Shown here in pieces: positions 54,240 to 63,939 of a stretch of 64,000 nt of DNA; positions within the stretch are counted from its first letter, which is position 1, and every line of letters begins with the position of its first letter. The notes beneath the pieces are model-generated. The model searched no databases and had not been told where the DNA came from. It saw only the letters and a list, made by a program, of their open reading frames with translations. Source of the stretch: an uncultured delta proteobacterium (GTDB taxonomy: Bacteria > Desulfobacterota > Syntrophobacteria > Syntrophobacterales > Syntrophobacteraceae). The stretch covers positions 1 to 64,000 of the forward strand of contig CAWEHK010000018.1 of NCBI GenBank assembly GCA_963808625.1. The letters run 5' to 3'. Position numbers and translations under genes: made by a program.

Positions 54240-55535
54240 ATGGGTGAACCTGTCAATACGGAAGTGATCAAAGAGCGCTTGGATGCCGCAAAGGGTGCAC
54301 GCATGAAAATGTGGCTTGAGCTGTGCGCTCACTGTGGCCTCTGCGCGGAGAGCTGCTTCTTTTATCTGGCCCATGACAAAGATCCAACGTACATGCCTTC
54401 CTACAAGGTCATCAAAACCCTTGGGGAAATGTACAAAAAGAAGGGCAAGGTGACGAGAGAATTCCTCGAGGAAACGCTCGAAATCGCATGGGGCAAGTGC
54501 TCCGTCTGCAGGAGGTGTTCCCAATACTGCCCCTTTGGGATCGACATGGCCTTGATGATCGCCACCGCGCGAGGCGTCTGCAACAGCCAGGGCGTAGTCC
54601 CGGAAGGACTCCAGAGGGCCGTCGCGAACTACCTGGCCGAAGGCAATCAGATGGCCATGACCAAGGAAGATTGGCTTGAGACCTGCACCTGGATGGAATC
54701 GGAAACAGGAGAGGAAATAGTTGGCCTCGAGATTCCCATGGATAAGGAAGGCGCCAACATCATGTACACGGTCAACGCCCGGGAGCCCATGTACTACCCC
54801 CAGGATATCGGCATGGCGGCCACCATTTTGCATATTGCCGGGGAAGACTGGACCATGAGTTCCGAAGGTTGGGACGACACCAACCTGGCCATGTTTGCAG
54901 GCGATGCCAAGGTCATGGCCCAGGTGACCAAAAACACCTACGATGCGGCCATAAGACTGAAAGCGAAACACATAGCAGTCACCGAGTGAGGGCACGCTTA
55001 CCGACACCTTCGGTACGAAGGTCCATACTGGCTTGGTTATCCCAATGGCGAACCCCCGGTCCCGGTGATCCACTCCGTTGAACTTTTTGCGAAGTACTTG
55101 CGCGAGGGTCGCATCAAGATCGATCCTGAGAAGCGGATCAAAGAAAGAGTCACTTATCAGGACCCCTGCAACCTATCCCGAAGTGGAGATCTGGCTGGAT
55201 ACGGCAGAGAGATTATCAGCTATCTCGCAGACGATTTCGTTGAAATGCAACCCAACCGCGAACACGGTCACTGCTGCGGAGGCGGCGGGGGATTCATCCC
55301 CATGGGACCTCCTTTTAAGCGCAGGAGAATGGAGTCCGGCAGAGTAAAAGCAGAACAAATTCGAGCCACCGGCGCTACGCTCGCGATTGTCCCCTGTCAC
55401 AACTGCTTTGATCAAATTCGCGATCTCAGCAAGGAATATGAACTGGGAGTTAAGGTTAAGTCCTTTAAGGAGCTCATCACCGAAACCATGATCATTCCTG
55501 AGGAATTCAAGCCGAAGGAAGAAACTGATGAGTAG
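54240..55535 (+). CDS. tmcB: TmcB/HmcF-like (Fe-S)-binding CCG-domain protein with in-frame TGA (probable selenocysteine) at 54987-54989
   Basis: CAHCGLCAESC, CSVCRRCSQYCP, TE*GHAY, YQDPCN, HCCGGGGG, PCHNC; ORFs 54240 and 55065 share a frame. Confidence 0.9.
55006..55022 (+). promoter_or_regulatory. Putative bacterial SECIS hairpin
   Basis: ACCTTCG-gta-CGAAGGT; G-initiated apical loop ~23 nt after the UGA. Confidence 0.7.
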
Positions 55536-55593
55536 GACGCGGAAGACCGGGGGAAGAGGCGCAGTCACAGTCACCAAAAGAGGAGGCGGTAAT

Positions 55594-56001
55594 ATGGGGA
55601 GGGGATTGATCATCTTCCTGTCGGGCTTGATGCTCGCGGTGCTGGTTGTGGCGTTCCATGGCAGGGTTGCGGCCCAAGAAGATATTATTACCCTTGAACA
55701 CAAGGATGTTCTCGAGAAGCTGCAGCGGCCGCCGGTGAAATTCACCCACCAAAAGCATGCCGATCTCTATTCCAATTGCACGGAATGCCACCACACCTAC
55801 GAATATAAAGGCGGCCAGAAGGTAAACGAATGGAGCGGAGAGGGACAGCCGTGTTCGGAGTGCCACAAGGCGGAGGAAGCAGGCAAGAAGATCTCGCTGA
55901 TGAATGCGTTTCATGAAAGCTGTACGGGATGCCATCGGCAGCTTGGCAAGGAAGGCAAAAAGAGTGGTCCCATGGCCTGCGGAGAGTGCCACGTCCGTTA
56001 G
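55594..56001 (+). CDS. tmcA: Tetraheme cytochrome c3 (TmcA-like), signal peptide
   Basis: FTHQKH plus CTECH, CSECH, CTGCH, CGECH; AGGAGG RBS. Confidence 0.9.
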   Translation: MGRGLIIFLSGLMLAVLVVAFHGRVAAQEDIITLEHKDVLEKLQRPPVKFTHQKHADLYSNCTECHHTYEYKGGQKVNEWSGEGQPCSECHKAEEAGKKISLMNAFHESCTGCHRQLGKEGKKSGPMACGECHVR

Positions 56002-56106
56002 CCCTTCCCGCCCCAGCACCAGAAAGCACGTGAGAGGATCGCTGCCGATGCGGGATGAGACCAACGCGGAGGAGTGGCAAACTTTTCCTGGGGTCCGATC
56101 TTCGCC

Positions 56107-56529
56107 TCAGAGCGGAATGAGCTTCGAGACCTGCTTGTTTACGCAGTGGTAGATATCTTCGTCGGTGCCGTAAATCTCCACGATACACCGGTGATTGATC
56201 AGCTTTTCAATGACATACGCCGTCACATAAAGGCTGATGAAATGCGGGCGTGGCACCAGGGTGCGGACATTGGCAATGTGATACTGGATCTCGAACTCCT
56301 CGGCGGTTAAAAGATTCTGCAGCGCAAAATTGATCTGGCCGTCCAAATCATCTTTACTGGTAGTCTCCACCAATCTTTCTTCAATCAGCTTCGTGGCGAT
56401 TTTTTCACTCAGGGTATCCATATTCTGACGCAGAAGATTCATCGCATTAAAACGTTGTGATTCCTTCTCGTGGTCCAGCCGCGAGATGACTGCCGACTCC
56501 CTGGCGTTGGGTCGATGCTCTTTAGCCAC
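56107..56529 (-). CDS. Conserved hypothetical protein (DUF507-like)
   Basis: 140 aa; LSEKIATKLIEERLVE, EIYGTDEDIY. Confidence 0.7.
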   Translation of the reverse strand: MAKEHRPNARESAVISRLDHEKESQRFNAMNLLRQNMDTLSEKIATKLIEERLVETTSKDDLDGQINFALQNLLTAEEFEIQYHIANVRTLVPRPHFISLYVTAYVIEKLINHRCIVEIYGTDEDIYHCVNKQVSKLIPL

Positions 56530-57856
56530 TTTTATTCCTTTCCTTGCCCGCTTCCATATCGAGTGATGCTCGCTCGGAAAGAGCGGTCATAATGATTTCA
56601 ACCTGTCTTGCAGAGACTCCGCCCAGTTTCGAGAGCGCTCCTTCGGCATTCTCTCCGAACCGTCGGAGTTCGGGGAGGTGCTGAATCCAGTAACTCCACT
56701 GTTCGAGGAGATCACGTGAATCCTGCACCAGAAAGCCCCCTTTAAAAACCTGGAGGATATTATGTTCATCCGACACTTTTTGCAAGTGAGGGCCGTAAAA
56801 AACAGGCTTTCCCCACGCTGCCGGCTCCAGGATGTTGTGCCCGCCAAAGGGTTCGAGCGTGCCGCCGCAGAACACAAGGTCCCCGAGGGCATAGAGATCG
56901 AAAAGGATGCCGATGCGATCTACCAGGACGACCGAGGAGGACCGTTTTTCCTTGCCCGCCTCGATCTCTGACAGCAACTGGAAGGCAATTTTCTGATCAT
57001 TCAGCCACCTGGTCATCTCGGTTATCTGTGCCATGTGTCTTGGCGCAAATATTCCAATAAGCCGGGGAGCAACATTCTGCAGGCCCTGGAAAACCTCCAG
57101 GAGCCTGATGCATTCCATGTGGCGCAGACTTCCGCCAACCAGCACCGGGGCTTCGCCGTGAAGATCCAGGATTCGCCGCCACGCAAGCACCTTTTCCGGA
57201 TCCTTTCGCAAGGAAAGCGCATCGTATTTGGAACTCCCCAGAACGCAGGTGCGCTCGGGGTCGGCTCCGAGATACACGACATTGTTCCGATCTTCCTCAG
57301 AATGCATGGCAAGCCATACAAACTGCTTGAAAATTGGTCGAAAAAGCGATCCAAAGAGGCCATACCAGCGGGCGGAGCGAGAAGAAAGTTGCCCATTCAG
57401 GAGGATCGCCGGCGTTTGGCAGCGGTCCAGCCAATGGAACAGGTTGGGCCAGAATTCGCCCTCCAGGGCCACATAAAGGTCAGGCTGCAAATTCATGAAA
57501 GCCTGTTCCAGGGCAGCCGGAAAATCGAGAGGAAAGGGCAGAATCTGAGCCCACGGCGAAAGGGTTAGGCGAGCGAAGCGAAATCCCTGGGGAGTGGTCA
57601 CGGTCAGGGTGATCCCGGCATCGGGCAAACGCTCTCGCAACGTCCGAACAATGGGGATCGCCCCGGTCACCTCACCGACCGACGCCGCATGCAGCCAGAT
57701 TCGCGGCGTCCGGTCACGCGCCGATTGGAGGCCGTAGTGCCCTAATCTCCCGTGCCAAAACAAAGGGTCCTCTTGTATTCTTGAGGAAAGAAAGCGAGGC
57801 GCCAGGGGTTCCAGAAAATTTGCCATGCCGTGATAGGATAATCTCGCCAGTTCCAA
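56522..57856 (-). CDS. waaA: 3-deoxy-D-manno-octulosonic acid transferase
   Basis: IWLHAASVGEV, PLDF, EGEFWPNL, APRH, GGHNILEPA. Confidence 0.93.
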   Translation of the reverse strand: MELARLSYHGMANFLEPLAPRFLSSRIQEDPLFWHGRLGHYGLQSARDRTPRIWLHAASVGEVTGAIPIVRTLRERLPDAGITLTVTTPQGFRFARLTLSPWAQILPFPLDFPAALEQAFMNLQPDLYVALEGEFWPNLFHWLDRCQTPAILLNGQLSSRSARWYGLFGSLFRPIFKQFVWLAMHSEEDRNNVVYLGADPERTCVLGSSKYDALSLRKDPEKVLAWRRILDLHGEAPVLVGGSLRHMECIRLLEVFQGLQNVAPRLIGIFAPRHMAQITEMTRWLNDQKIAFQLLSEIEAGKEKRSSSVVLVDRIGILFDLYALGDLVFCGGTLEPFGGHNILEPAAWGKPVFYGPHLQKVSDEHNILQVFKGGFLVQDSRDLLEQWSYWIQHLPELRRFGENAEGALSKLGGVSARQVEIIMTALSERASLDMEAGKERNKSG

Positions 57857-58046
57857 GAATAAGGTCTCCTCTCAATCATCATCACAGCGAACGACAGAAA
57901 TCCGCGATCAGATGGCAAAGCCGGGGAAGACACTTTCAAACAGCTTATTTCTGACCTCCGGCCATTGACTTCTGACGTCCGCAACAAAAACGTGGTAAGA
58001 TAATATTGATAAATTCAACAATAGCCAAGAGAGGATCACACCTGTC

Positions 58047-59450
58047 ATGATGGAAAAGGCAACGAGCATTGCAGAACTTTTTGCACACACTGAGGCATAC
58101 CTCGGGGAAGCCGCCCGCGTAAGGGGCTGGGTGCGTACCCGAAGGGATTCCAAGGCCGGCATCAGTTTTATCGAGCTCAATGACGGATCATGCCTGAAGA
58201 GTGTGCAAATCATCGCGGACCATAACCATCCCGAGTATCAGGAAGTTCTTGCCGACATTACTACGGGAAGCAGCCTCCAGGTGGAAGGCACGGTAACGCC
58301 TTCTCCCGGAAAGGGCCAACCAATTGAAATCCATGCAAATCGAATCATGCTTTTCGGACGGTCTGACCCGCTGACCTATCCCCTGCAAAAAAAGCGGCAT
58401 TCTCTCGAATTCCTGAGGCAGATTGCTCACCTGCGGCCCCGTTCCAACACCATCGGTGCGGTGACCCGGGTGCGCAATCGACTGAGCTACAAGGTTCACC
58501 AATTTTTCCAGGAGCGCGGATTCTGCTACATCCACACTCCAATCATTACCTCGAGTGACTGTGAAGGGGCCGGTGACGTTTTTCGCGTGACGACGCTCGG
58601 ACCGGAGAGCCTGCTTTCAGCCCAGTCCGGCAATGCTTTCGAGAGCGATTTCTTCAACAGGCCGGCCTTTCTGACCGTGAGTGGTCAGCTCCAGGCAGAA
58701 ATCTACGCCCTGGCGCTCGGCAAAGTCTACACCTTCGGTCCCACGTTTCGCTCGGAAAATTCAAACACGAGCAGGCATCTGGCGGAATTCTGGATGATCG
58801 AGCCGGAAGTGGCGTTTTGCGACCTGCAGGATAACCTGGAATTGGCAGTACAATTCGTGAAACATCTTGTGGGTGCAGTCCTTAGCGATTGCAGTGAGGA
58901 TCTGGAATTTTTCTCCCGTTTCGTCGAACCCACCTTGATGGAAACACTCCAAAAGACGGTGGAGACTCCTTTTGAAATCATTACCTACACCGAGGCCGTG
59001 AAATTTCTTAAACGCTCAGGCGAAGCCTTCACTTTCCCGGTGGACTGGGGGAACGACCTGCAGGCGGAACATGAACGCTACCTCACCGAAAAGCTGTTTC
59101 AAAGACCGGTGGCCATTATCGATTTCCCGCGGGCACTGAAGCCCTTCTACATGAGGGTCAATGCCGATGAACAGACCGTCGCGGCGATGGACATTCTCGT
59201 CCCGCGTATTGGCGAAATCATCGGGGGCTCTCAGCGTGAGGAGCGCCGCGACGTGCTGCTCGCGCAGATGCAGCTGAAGGGGATTTCCGCTGAAGACTAT
59301 CGCTGGTATGTCGAATTGAGAGAGTTCGGTTCCGCTCCCCATGCCGGTTTCGGCTGCGGTTTGGAACGGTTGGTCCAGTTCGCGACCGGTCTTCCTAATA
59401 TCCGAGAGGTGATTCCCTTTCCAAGAACTCCCGGGCATGCGGAGTTCTAG
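58047..59450 (+). CDS. asnS: Asparagine--tRNA ligase
   Basis: GWVRTRR, HLRPRSN, SDCEGAG, LTVSGQL, RSENSNTSRHLAEFWMIEPE, EIIGGSQRE, PFPR. Confidence 0.97.
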   Translation: MMEKATSIAELFAHTEAYLGEAARVRGWVRTRRDSKAGISFIELNDGSCLKSVQIIADHNHPEYQEVLADITTGSSLQVEGTVTPSPGKGQPIEIHANRIMLFGRSDPLTYPLQKKRHSLEFLRQIAHLRPRSNTIGAVTRVRNRLSYKVHQFFQERGFCYIHTPIITSSDCEGAGDVFRVTTLGPESLLSAQSGNAFESDFFNRPAFLTVSGQLQAEIYALALGKVYTFGPTFRSENSNTSRHLAEFWMIEPEVAFCDLQDNLELAVQFVKHLVGAVLSDCSEDLEFFSRFVEPTLMETLQKTVETPFEIITYTEAVKFLKRSGEAFTFPVDWGNDLQAEHERYLTEKLFQRPVAIIDFPRALKPFYMRVNADEQTVAAMDILVPRIGEIIGGSQREERRDVLLAQMQLKGISAEDYRWYVELREFGSAPHAGFGCGLERLVQFATGLPNIREVIPFPRTPGHAEF

Positions 59451-59590
59451 TACACACGGGCATAAGTTCGTGCATGTTTCCGGTGGGCAAAAAAACCTGC
59501 CCACCCTACGGAACCGAGAGCACTGTAGGGTGGGCACAGCTTCACCGTGCCCACCGGAACTGGTTACCGATTTCCGCCCAAGGATACTAG
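59447..59590. repeat. MITE/REPIN-like element with GTAGGGTGGGCAC REP doublet
   Basis: ctagtacac...gatactag ends; homologous to 34631-34784. Confidence 0.8.
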
Positions 59591-59673
59591 CGATTAGTGG
59601 CCAGTGATCAGTGGTTGTTTGTTGGTGTCGAGTGGTTAGAGCCTGCGTGCGGTTTCGAGAAGGAAGCAAGAGC

Positions 59674-59877
59674 ATGACGCTGCCGGAGTTGGAGACGAAG
59701 TGCTGGCAATGCTGGGGGAGTGGCGTGATCCCCTGGAATGATCACGCTGAACTGATCGACTGCCCAGGGTGTGGCGGTCTCGGCTGGATTCCGACCGACG
59801 AGGGAAAACGCCTGCTCGATTTCCTGAGGCGCCATTTGGGGCTCGACTTCGAAGAAGAAGCGGAGCCTGCGGAGTGA
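59674..59877 (+). CDS. Anti-TRAP (RtpA)-like / DnaJ-type zinc-finger small protein
   Basis: ELETKCWQCWGSG...CPGCGGLGWIPTDEGKRLLDFLRRHL. Confidence 0.75.
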   Translation: MTLPELETKCWQCWGSGVIPWNDHAELIDCPGCGGLGWIPTDEGKRLLDFLRRHLGLDFEEEAEPAE

Positions 59878-59923
59878 TTGGAGGAAGGACAACATAAGGG
59901 ACGATTTAACGAAAGGATTCTAG

Positions 59924-60430
59924 ATGATGTCGCTTTTCCAGCCGGAAAAAAAGGCGCTCAAAGTTGGCTTAATCGTGGGGATTGGAGCAGTCCTCCTGAT
60001 AGGTTACCTGCTTCTCAGCACCACTGCCAAGGAGCCCGCCGATTTCCGGGGCATCAAGTGGGGCAGCCCCATTGCCGACTTGCCGGACATGAAGCTGTTG
60101 GCCGAAGATGGTGATCTCAGATTTTATGAGAAGACAAACGACCGGATGAAAATCGGCGATGTCGATGTAGAGAGGATCGTCTATGGTTTTTACAAGGACC
60201 GTTTCTACAATGTGATGATCTACTACAGCTCACCCGCCAGCTATAACAGGATTCAGGAAACGCTCTCCGATACTTTTGGAAAACCGTTTCAGCCGAACGA
60301 ATCGGAAAAAAAGCTCTTCTGGAATGGTGAACATGTCAACCTCCTGCTGCACTTCGACGAGGCGACCAATGCCGGGAGAGTTACCTATCTCTATAAGCCG
60401 ATCCAGCTGGAAATAGAGGTCAGCGGGTGA
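59924..60430 (+). CDS. Hypothetical membrane-anchored periplasmic protein
   Basis: N-terminal TM helix; FRGIKWG, YGFYKDRFY. Confidence 0.75.
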   Translation: MMSLFQPEKKALKVGLIVGIGAVLLIGYLLLSTTAKEPADFRGIKWGSPIADLPDMKLLAEDGDLRFYEKTNDRMKIGDVDVERIVYGFYKDRFYNVMIYYSSPASYNRIQETLSDTFGKPFQPNESEKKLFWNGEHVNLLLHFDEATNAGRVTYLYKPIQLEIEVSG

Positions 60431-60479
60431 CAGGAAGAGAATCCAAGAGATTGCTCCAGAAAGGAACGGGAGGAGGATT

Positions 60480-61412
60480 GTGGACATGAGCAATCAACCT
60501 TCAGGCAGGAAATTAGGAGTCATGGTGAGCTGGTCGGTGAGCCTGGTTTTGTTGCTGGCGCTGGCAGCGATCTGGCTAAGATTTCATAATGCAACGATTC
60601 GGCTTGAAGACGTGATCGGCAACTTGAGCAAGAAGAATCAGGTCCTGTCCCAGATCAAAGACGATCTGCTCCGTTCGGTAGCGGCTGAGAAGAGCGCTGT
60701 GCTGAGTGAATCAGACGAGGAATCAGAGGCTTTCGCCGCCGAATCCCTTCAGGCAATCGCCGCGGTCGAAACAAACCGCAGCGAACTGGTCAAACTCATT
60801 GAGAATTCGAAGAATGACGATGAACTCAAGCTACTTCACGAGTTCAGCCAGTGCTGGGCGGAGTTTCAGAAAACCGAGAGAATGGTCCTTGACTTGGCGG
60901 TTCAAAACACCAATCTAAAGGCGGCCAGGTTATCCCAGACCAAGGCCAACGATGATGTGCAGCGTTTTGTGCATGACCTGTCCGCGTTCATCGTGACAGA
61001 CGCTTCGTCCGGGAAATGCGGGCAAATGGTAAGGCCGGTTTTTGACGCCCTCACCTCCTGCCTCCACATCCATTACCTCCACACGCCGCACATCAAGGCA
61101 GCCGGCGACGGAGAAATGGATCAAATCGAGGCTGAGATGGAAAGCAGCAACAACGTGGTTGAACAGTCCCTAACAGCACTGACCGACCTTGCCGGAGAGC
61201 AGGGCCGTATCGTTCTGCAGGACGCCGGGAAGGCCTACACCGACTTTATGAAGGTCACGAAAGAAGTGGTGCGTCTCTCCAGGCAAAACACCAACGTCAA
61301 GTCTCTGGAGCTCTCCCTGGGCAAGAAACGCGCCGTCACGGCTGAGTGCGAAGATATTTTGACCGGTCTTCAGGAAATGGTTCAGAGTAAGACCTTCAGG
61401 GCGACCAGGTAA
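60480..61412 (+). CDS. Stand-alone tandem four-helix-bundle (MCP-type) sensor-like protein
   Basis: N-terminal TM; AEKSAVLS, LAVQNTNLKAARLS and LSRQNTNVKSLELS repeats; no HAMP or signalling domain. Confidence 0.75.
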   Translation: MDMSNQPSGRKLGVMVSWSVSLVLLLALAAIWLRFHNATIRLEDVIGNLSKKNQVLSQIKDDLLRSVAAEKSAVLSESDEESEAFAAESLQAIAAVETNRSELVKLIENSKNDDELKLLHEFSQCWAEFQKTERMVLDLAVQNTNLKAARLSQTKANDDVQRFVHDLSAFIVTDASSGKCGQMVRPVFDALTSCLHIHYLHTPHIKAAGDGEMDQIEAEMESSNNVVEQSLTALTDLAGEQGRIVLQDAGKAYTDFMKVTKEVVRLSRQNTNVKSLELSLGKKRAVTAECEDILTGLQEMVQSKTFRATR

Positions 61413-61427
61413 AGGAGTGGCCACTAC

Positions 61428-61667
61428 TCAGTGCAGGATTTCCTCTTCGGCCAGGGCCGCCATTTCTCGAAGCATTCGCAGCGACTCCCGGGCTTCCTCC
61501 GGGTCTATCTTGTGCAGGGCGAAGCCCGCGTGCACAATCACATAATCACCAAGCTCCGCCGCTTCGGGCAAAAGCAACAGGGAGGCCTTCCTGAGAGCAT
61601 CCCCCACCTTAATCGTCGCCATTTCATCTTCAATGTGAACGATTTCTGCCGGGATGGCCAAGCACAT
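61428..61667 (-). CDS. hypC: Hydrogenase maturation chaperone HypC/HybG
   Basis: MCLAIPA, GDYVIVHAGFAL. Confidence 0.95.
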   Translation of the reverse strand: MCLAIPAEIVHIEDEMATIKVGDALRKASLLLLPEAAELGDYVIVHAGFALHKIDPEEARESLRMLREMAALAEEEILH

Positions 61668-62193
61668 TTATGTAATCCTTTCTGAGGGTTGTTCCTGCAA
61701 CGCTCCATTCCTGGGCGTGAACGTTCCCCCCGCCGCCGCAATCTCTTCGAGCACCTTCGAGCAAATATCAGGCAGCCGGGCCTGGACAATTTCGGTCAAT
61801 TCCATACCCCAGGGCGACATATCTTCCGGCTCGATACCAACCACCACAGCGCTGGGGCGCTTTTCAAGCATTTCCGCATACGCAAGAGTTTCCACGAGAT
61901 CCAGCTGATGAAGAGAGTGCTTGTACCTCACCCGTGCTTTGAAAATCTTCTGCCGTGAAGCGGTAGAGGGTTCCGGGAGGATGGCCATATTTCACGGCAT
62001 CCACCACAATGAGATGGTCTGCTCCGCAGATCGGATCCAGCAGGCTCAAACCCAAAGTGCCGCCATCCATCAGTTCCACGTTATGAGAAAAGTCATATTC
62101 CGATTGGAGCTTGACCACGGCCTTCACGCCAACTCCCTCATCCCGCAGGAGAATGTTGCCCACTCCCAGAACCAGTATCCGTTTGTTTTCCAT
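61668..62193 (-). CDS. Hydrogenase maturation endopeptidase (HyaD/HybD family), frameshifted
   Basis: VLGVGNILLRDEGVG, DGGT, IVVDAV, SLHQ, VGIEP. Confidence 0.92.
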
Positions 62194-62225
62194 GGCGAGC
62201 GCCTTCATCGTCCGAGTATTAAAAC

Positions 62226-62270
62226 AAAAAAACAGGAACCCGGCTCAGCAGCGACAGAGCCAGGTTCCTG
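62226..62270 (-). terminator. Intrinsic terminator-like hairpin downstream of the hydrogenase large subunit
   Basis: caggaacccggctc/gagccaggttcctg stem followed on the minus strand by T7. Confidence 0.7.
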
Positions 62271-62298
62271 CTTTAAATGATAGCCACAATAGGTGGGC

Positions 62299-63939
62299 TT
62301 AGACAACTTTAAATTTGTACACCTCATTGGTCTTCGGGTCGATCACATGCACGCCGCAGGCAATGCAGGGATCGAACGAATGAATGGTGCGCAGGATTTC
62401 GACCGGGCGCTTCGGATCGGCAACCGGGGTATTCATGAGCGCTTCCTCAAGGGGACCCGGCTTGTTCTGAGCACAGCGCGGTCCCAGGTTCCAGGTGGAA
62501 GGCACCACGAGTTGGAAGTTCCCGATCTTCTGGTCCTTAATCTCGATCCAATGTCCGAGAGCACCACGGGGAACATCGTTCAGACCTGCGCCCATGGCCG
62601 CATCCGGCATCTGGTACTCCTGGTAGATCTTGGTGTCGCCTTTCGCCACATTAGCAATCAATTGCGCCATCCAGCCTTCCATGGCTTCGCCGATGATCTT
62701 GGTTTCCAACGCCCTGGCAGCGGTCCTGCCGAGCGTCGAGAAGAGCGCATCCTGGGGAACTGCCAGCGTTTTCAGTAACCCGTCAACGGCGGCTTTGGTC
62801 GGCGCATGACCCTTGCCGTAAGCCACCAGAACGCGCGCCAGCGGTCCCACTTCCATCGGCTCGCCATTGTAGCGCGGCGCCTTCATCCAGCTGTAGCGAT
62901 CGTTGACATCGAGTTTGCCGGGTTTGGGCTTGGTTTCGCCCTTGGCCGGATGCAACGCCTTGTCGCCCTCATACCAGCTGTGCTTGACACCTTCCTCGAT
63001 CTTGCCAATATCGACTGCCTGCACCTGACCGATGTTACGCTTGAAAATGGCGCCCCGCGGGAAGAGGAAGCTGTCAGGTTCCTTGGAGCTTTGCGGAAAT
63101 TCGCCATAGACCAGGAAGTTCGTGGTCCCGCCGATTTTACCCCAGTCTTTATAGAACCCGGCCACCGCTACCACATCCGGGATGTAGACGTTGTTGACAA
63201 AGTCCATGGTCTCTGCCCAGAGGTACTTGAACTCGGCGATGCGGTCGGCGGTCAAATCCGTGGCGCAGGTTACCCCACCCACCACCAGGCCCTGGGGGTG
63301 CGGGTTCTTGCCGCCGAAAATGGCATGCATGCGCGCCGTCCGGGCCTGCTGCCGAAGTGCCATGAGATAGTGATGCACGGCCAGCAAATTCACTTCGGGA
63401 GGCAGCTTATAGGCCGGACTTCCCCAGTAGCCGTTGGCGAAAATGCCGAGCTGGCCGCTGTCGACGAATTTTTTCAATCTGGCCTGGGTCGCCTTGAAAT
63501 CATTGATACCGCTATTGGGCGCGGGAGTCACCTTCGCGGCGAGGTCGGCGGTCTTCTTGGCATCGGCCTTGAGGGAACTCACCACATCTACCCAATCCAG
63601 AGCGCTCAGCTGATAGAAATGGACGATGTGGTCATGGAGGAATTGCGCGCCCAGAAGGAGGTTTCGAATCAACCTGGCATTATCGGGGATGGTGACCTTG
63701 GCTGCGTCGTCCACGGCTCGCACCGAAGCCAGCCCATGAACATAGGTGCACACGCCGCAGGAACGCTGGGTAAAAAGCCATGCATCGCGGGGATCGCGGC
63801 CCTGAAGGATAATCTCCAGGCCGCGGAACAGCATCGAACTGCTCCACGCGTTGCTTACCTTCCCGTTGGTTATTTCCACTTCTATCCGCAAATGACCCTC
63901 AATCCGGGTGATCGGGTCGATGACTACTCTCTGTCCCAT
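62299..63939 (-). CDS. Group 1 [NiFe] hydrogenase large subunit
   Basis: DPITRIEGH, L1 QRSCGVCTYVH, PRGALGHW, VVPSTWN, L2 SFDPCIACGVH + cleavable tail. Confidence 0.97.
   Translation of the reverse strand: MGQRVVIDPITRIEGHLRIEVEITNGKVSNAWSSSMLFRGLEIILQGRDPRDAWLFTQRSCGVCTYVHGLASVRAVDDAAKVTIPDNARLIRNLLLGAQFLHDHIVHFYQLSALDWVDVVSSLKADAKKTADLAAKVTPAPNSGINDFKATQARLKKFVDSGQLGIFANGYWGSPAYKLPPEVNLLAVHHYLMALRQQARTARMHAIFGGKNPHPQGLVVGGVTCATDLTADRIAEFKYLWAETMDFVNNVYIPDVVAVAGFYKDWGKIGGTTNFLVYGEFPQSSKEPDSFLFPRGAIFKRNIGQVQAVDIGKIEEGVKHSWYEGDKALHPAKGETKPKPGKLDVNDRYSWMKAPRYNGEPMEVGPLARVLVAYGKGHAPTKAAVDGLLKTLAVPQDALFSTLGRTAARALETKIIGEAMEGWMAQLIANVAKGDTKIYQEYQMPDAAMGAGLNDVPRGALGHWIEIKDQKIGNFQLVVPSTWNLGPRCAQNKPGPLEEALMNTPVADPKRPVEILRTIHSFDPCIACGVHVIDPKTNEVYKFKVV

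Noticed and set aside
62299..63939. [NiFeSe] hydrogenase, given the apparent Sec usage nearby
   Set aside because: The L2 motif is DPCIACGVH with Cys codons and a normal cleavable tail.
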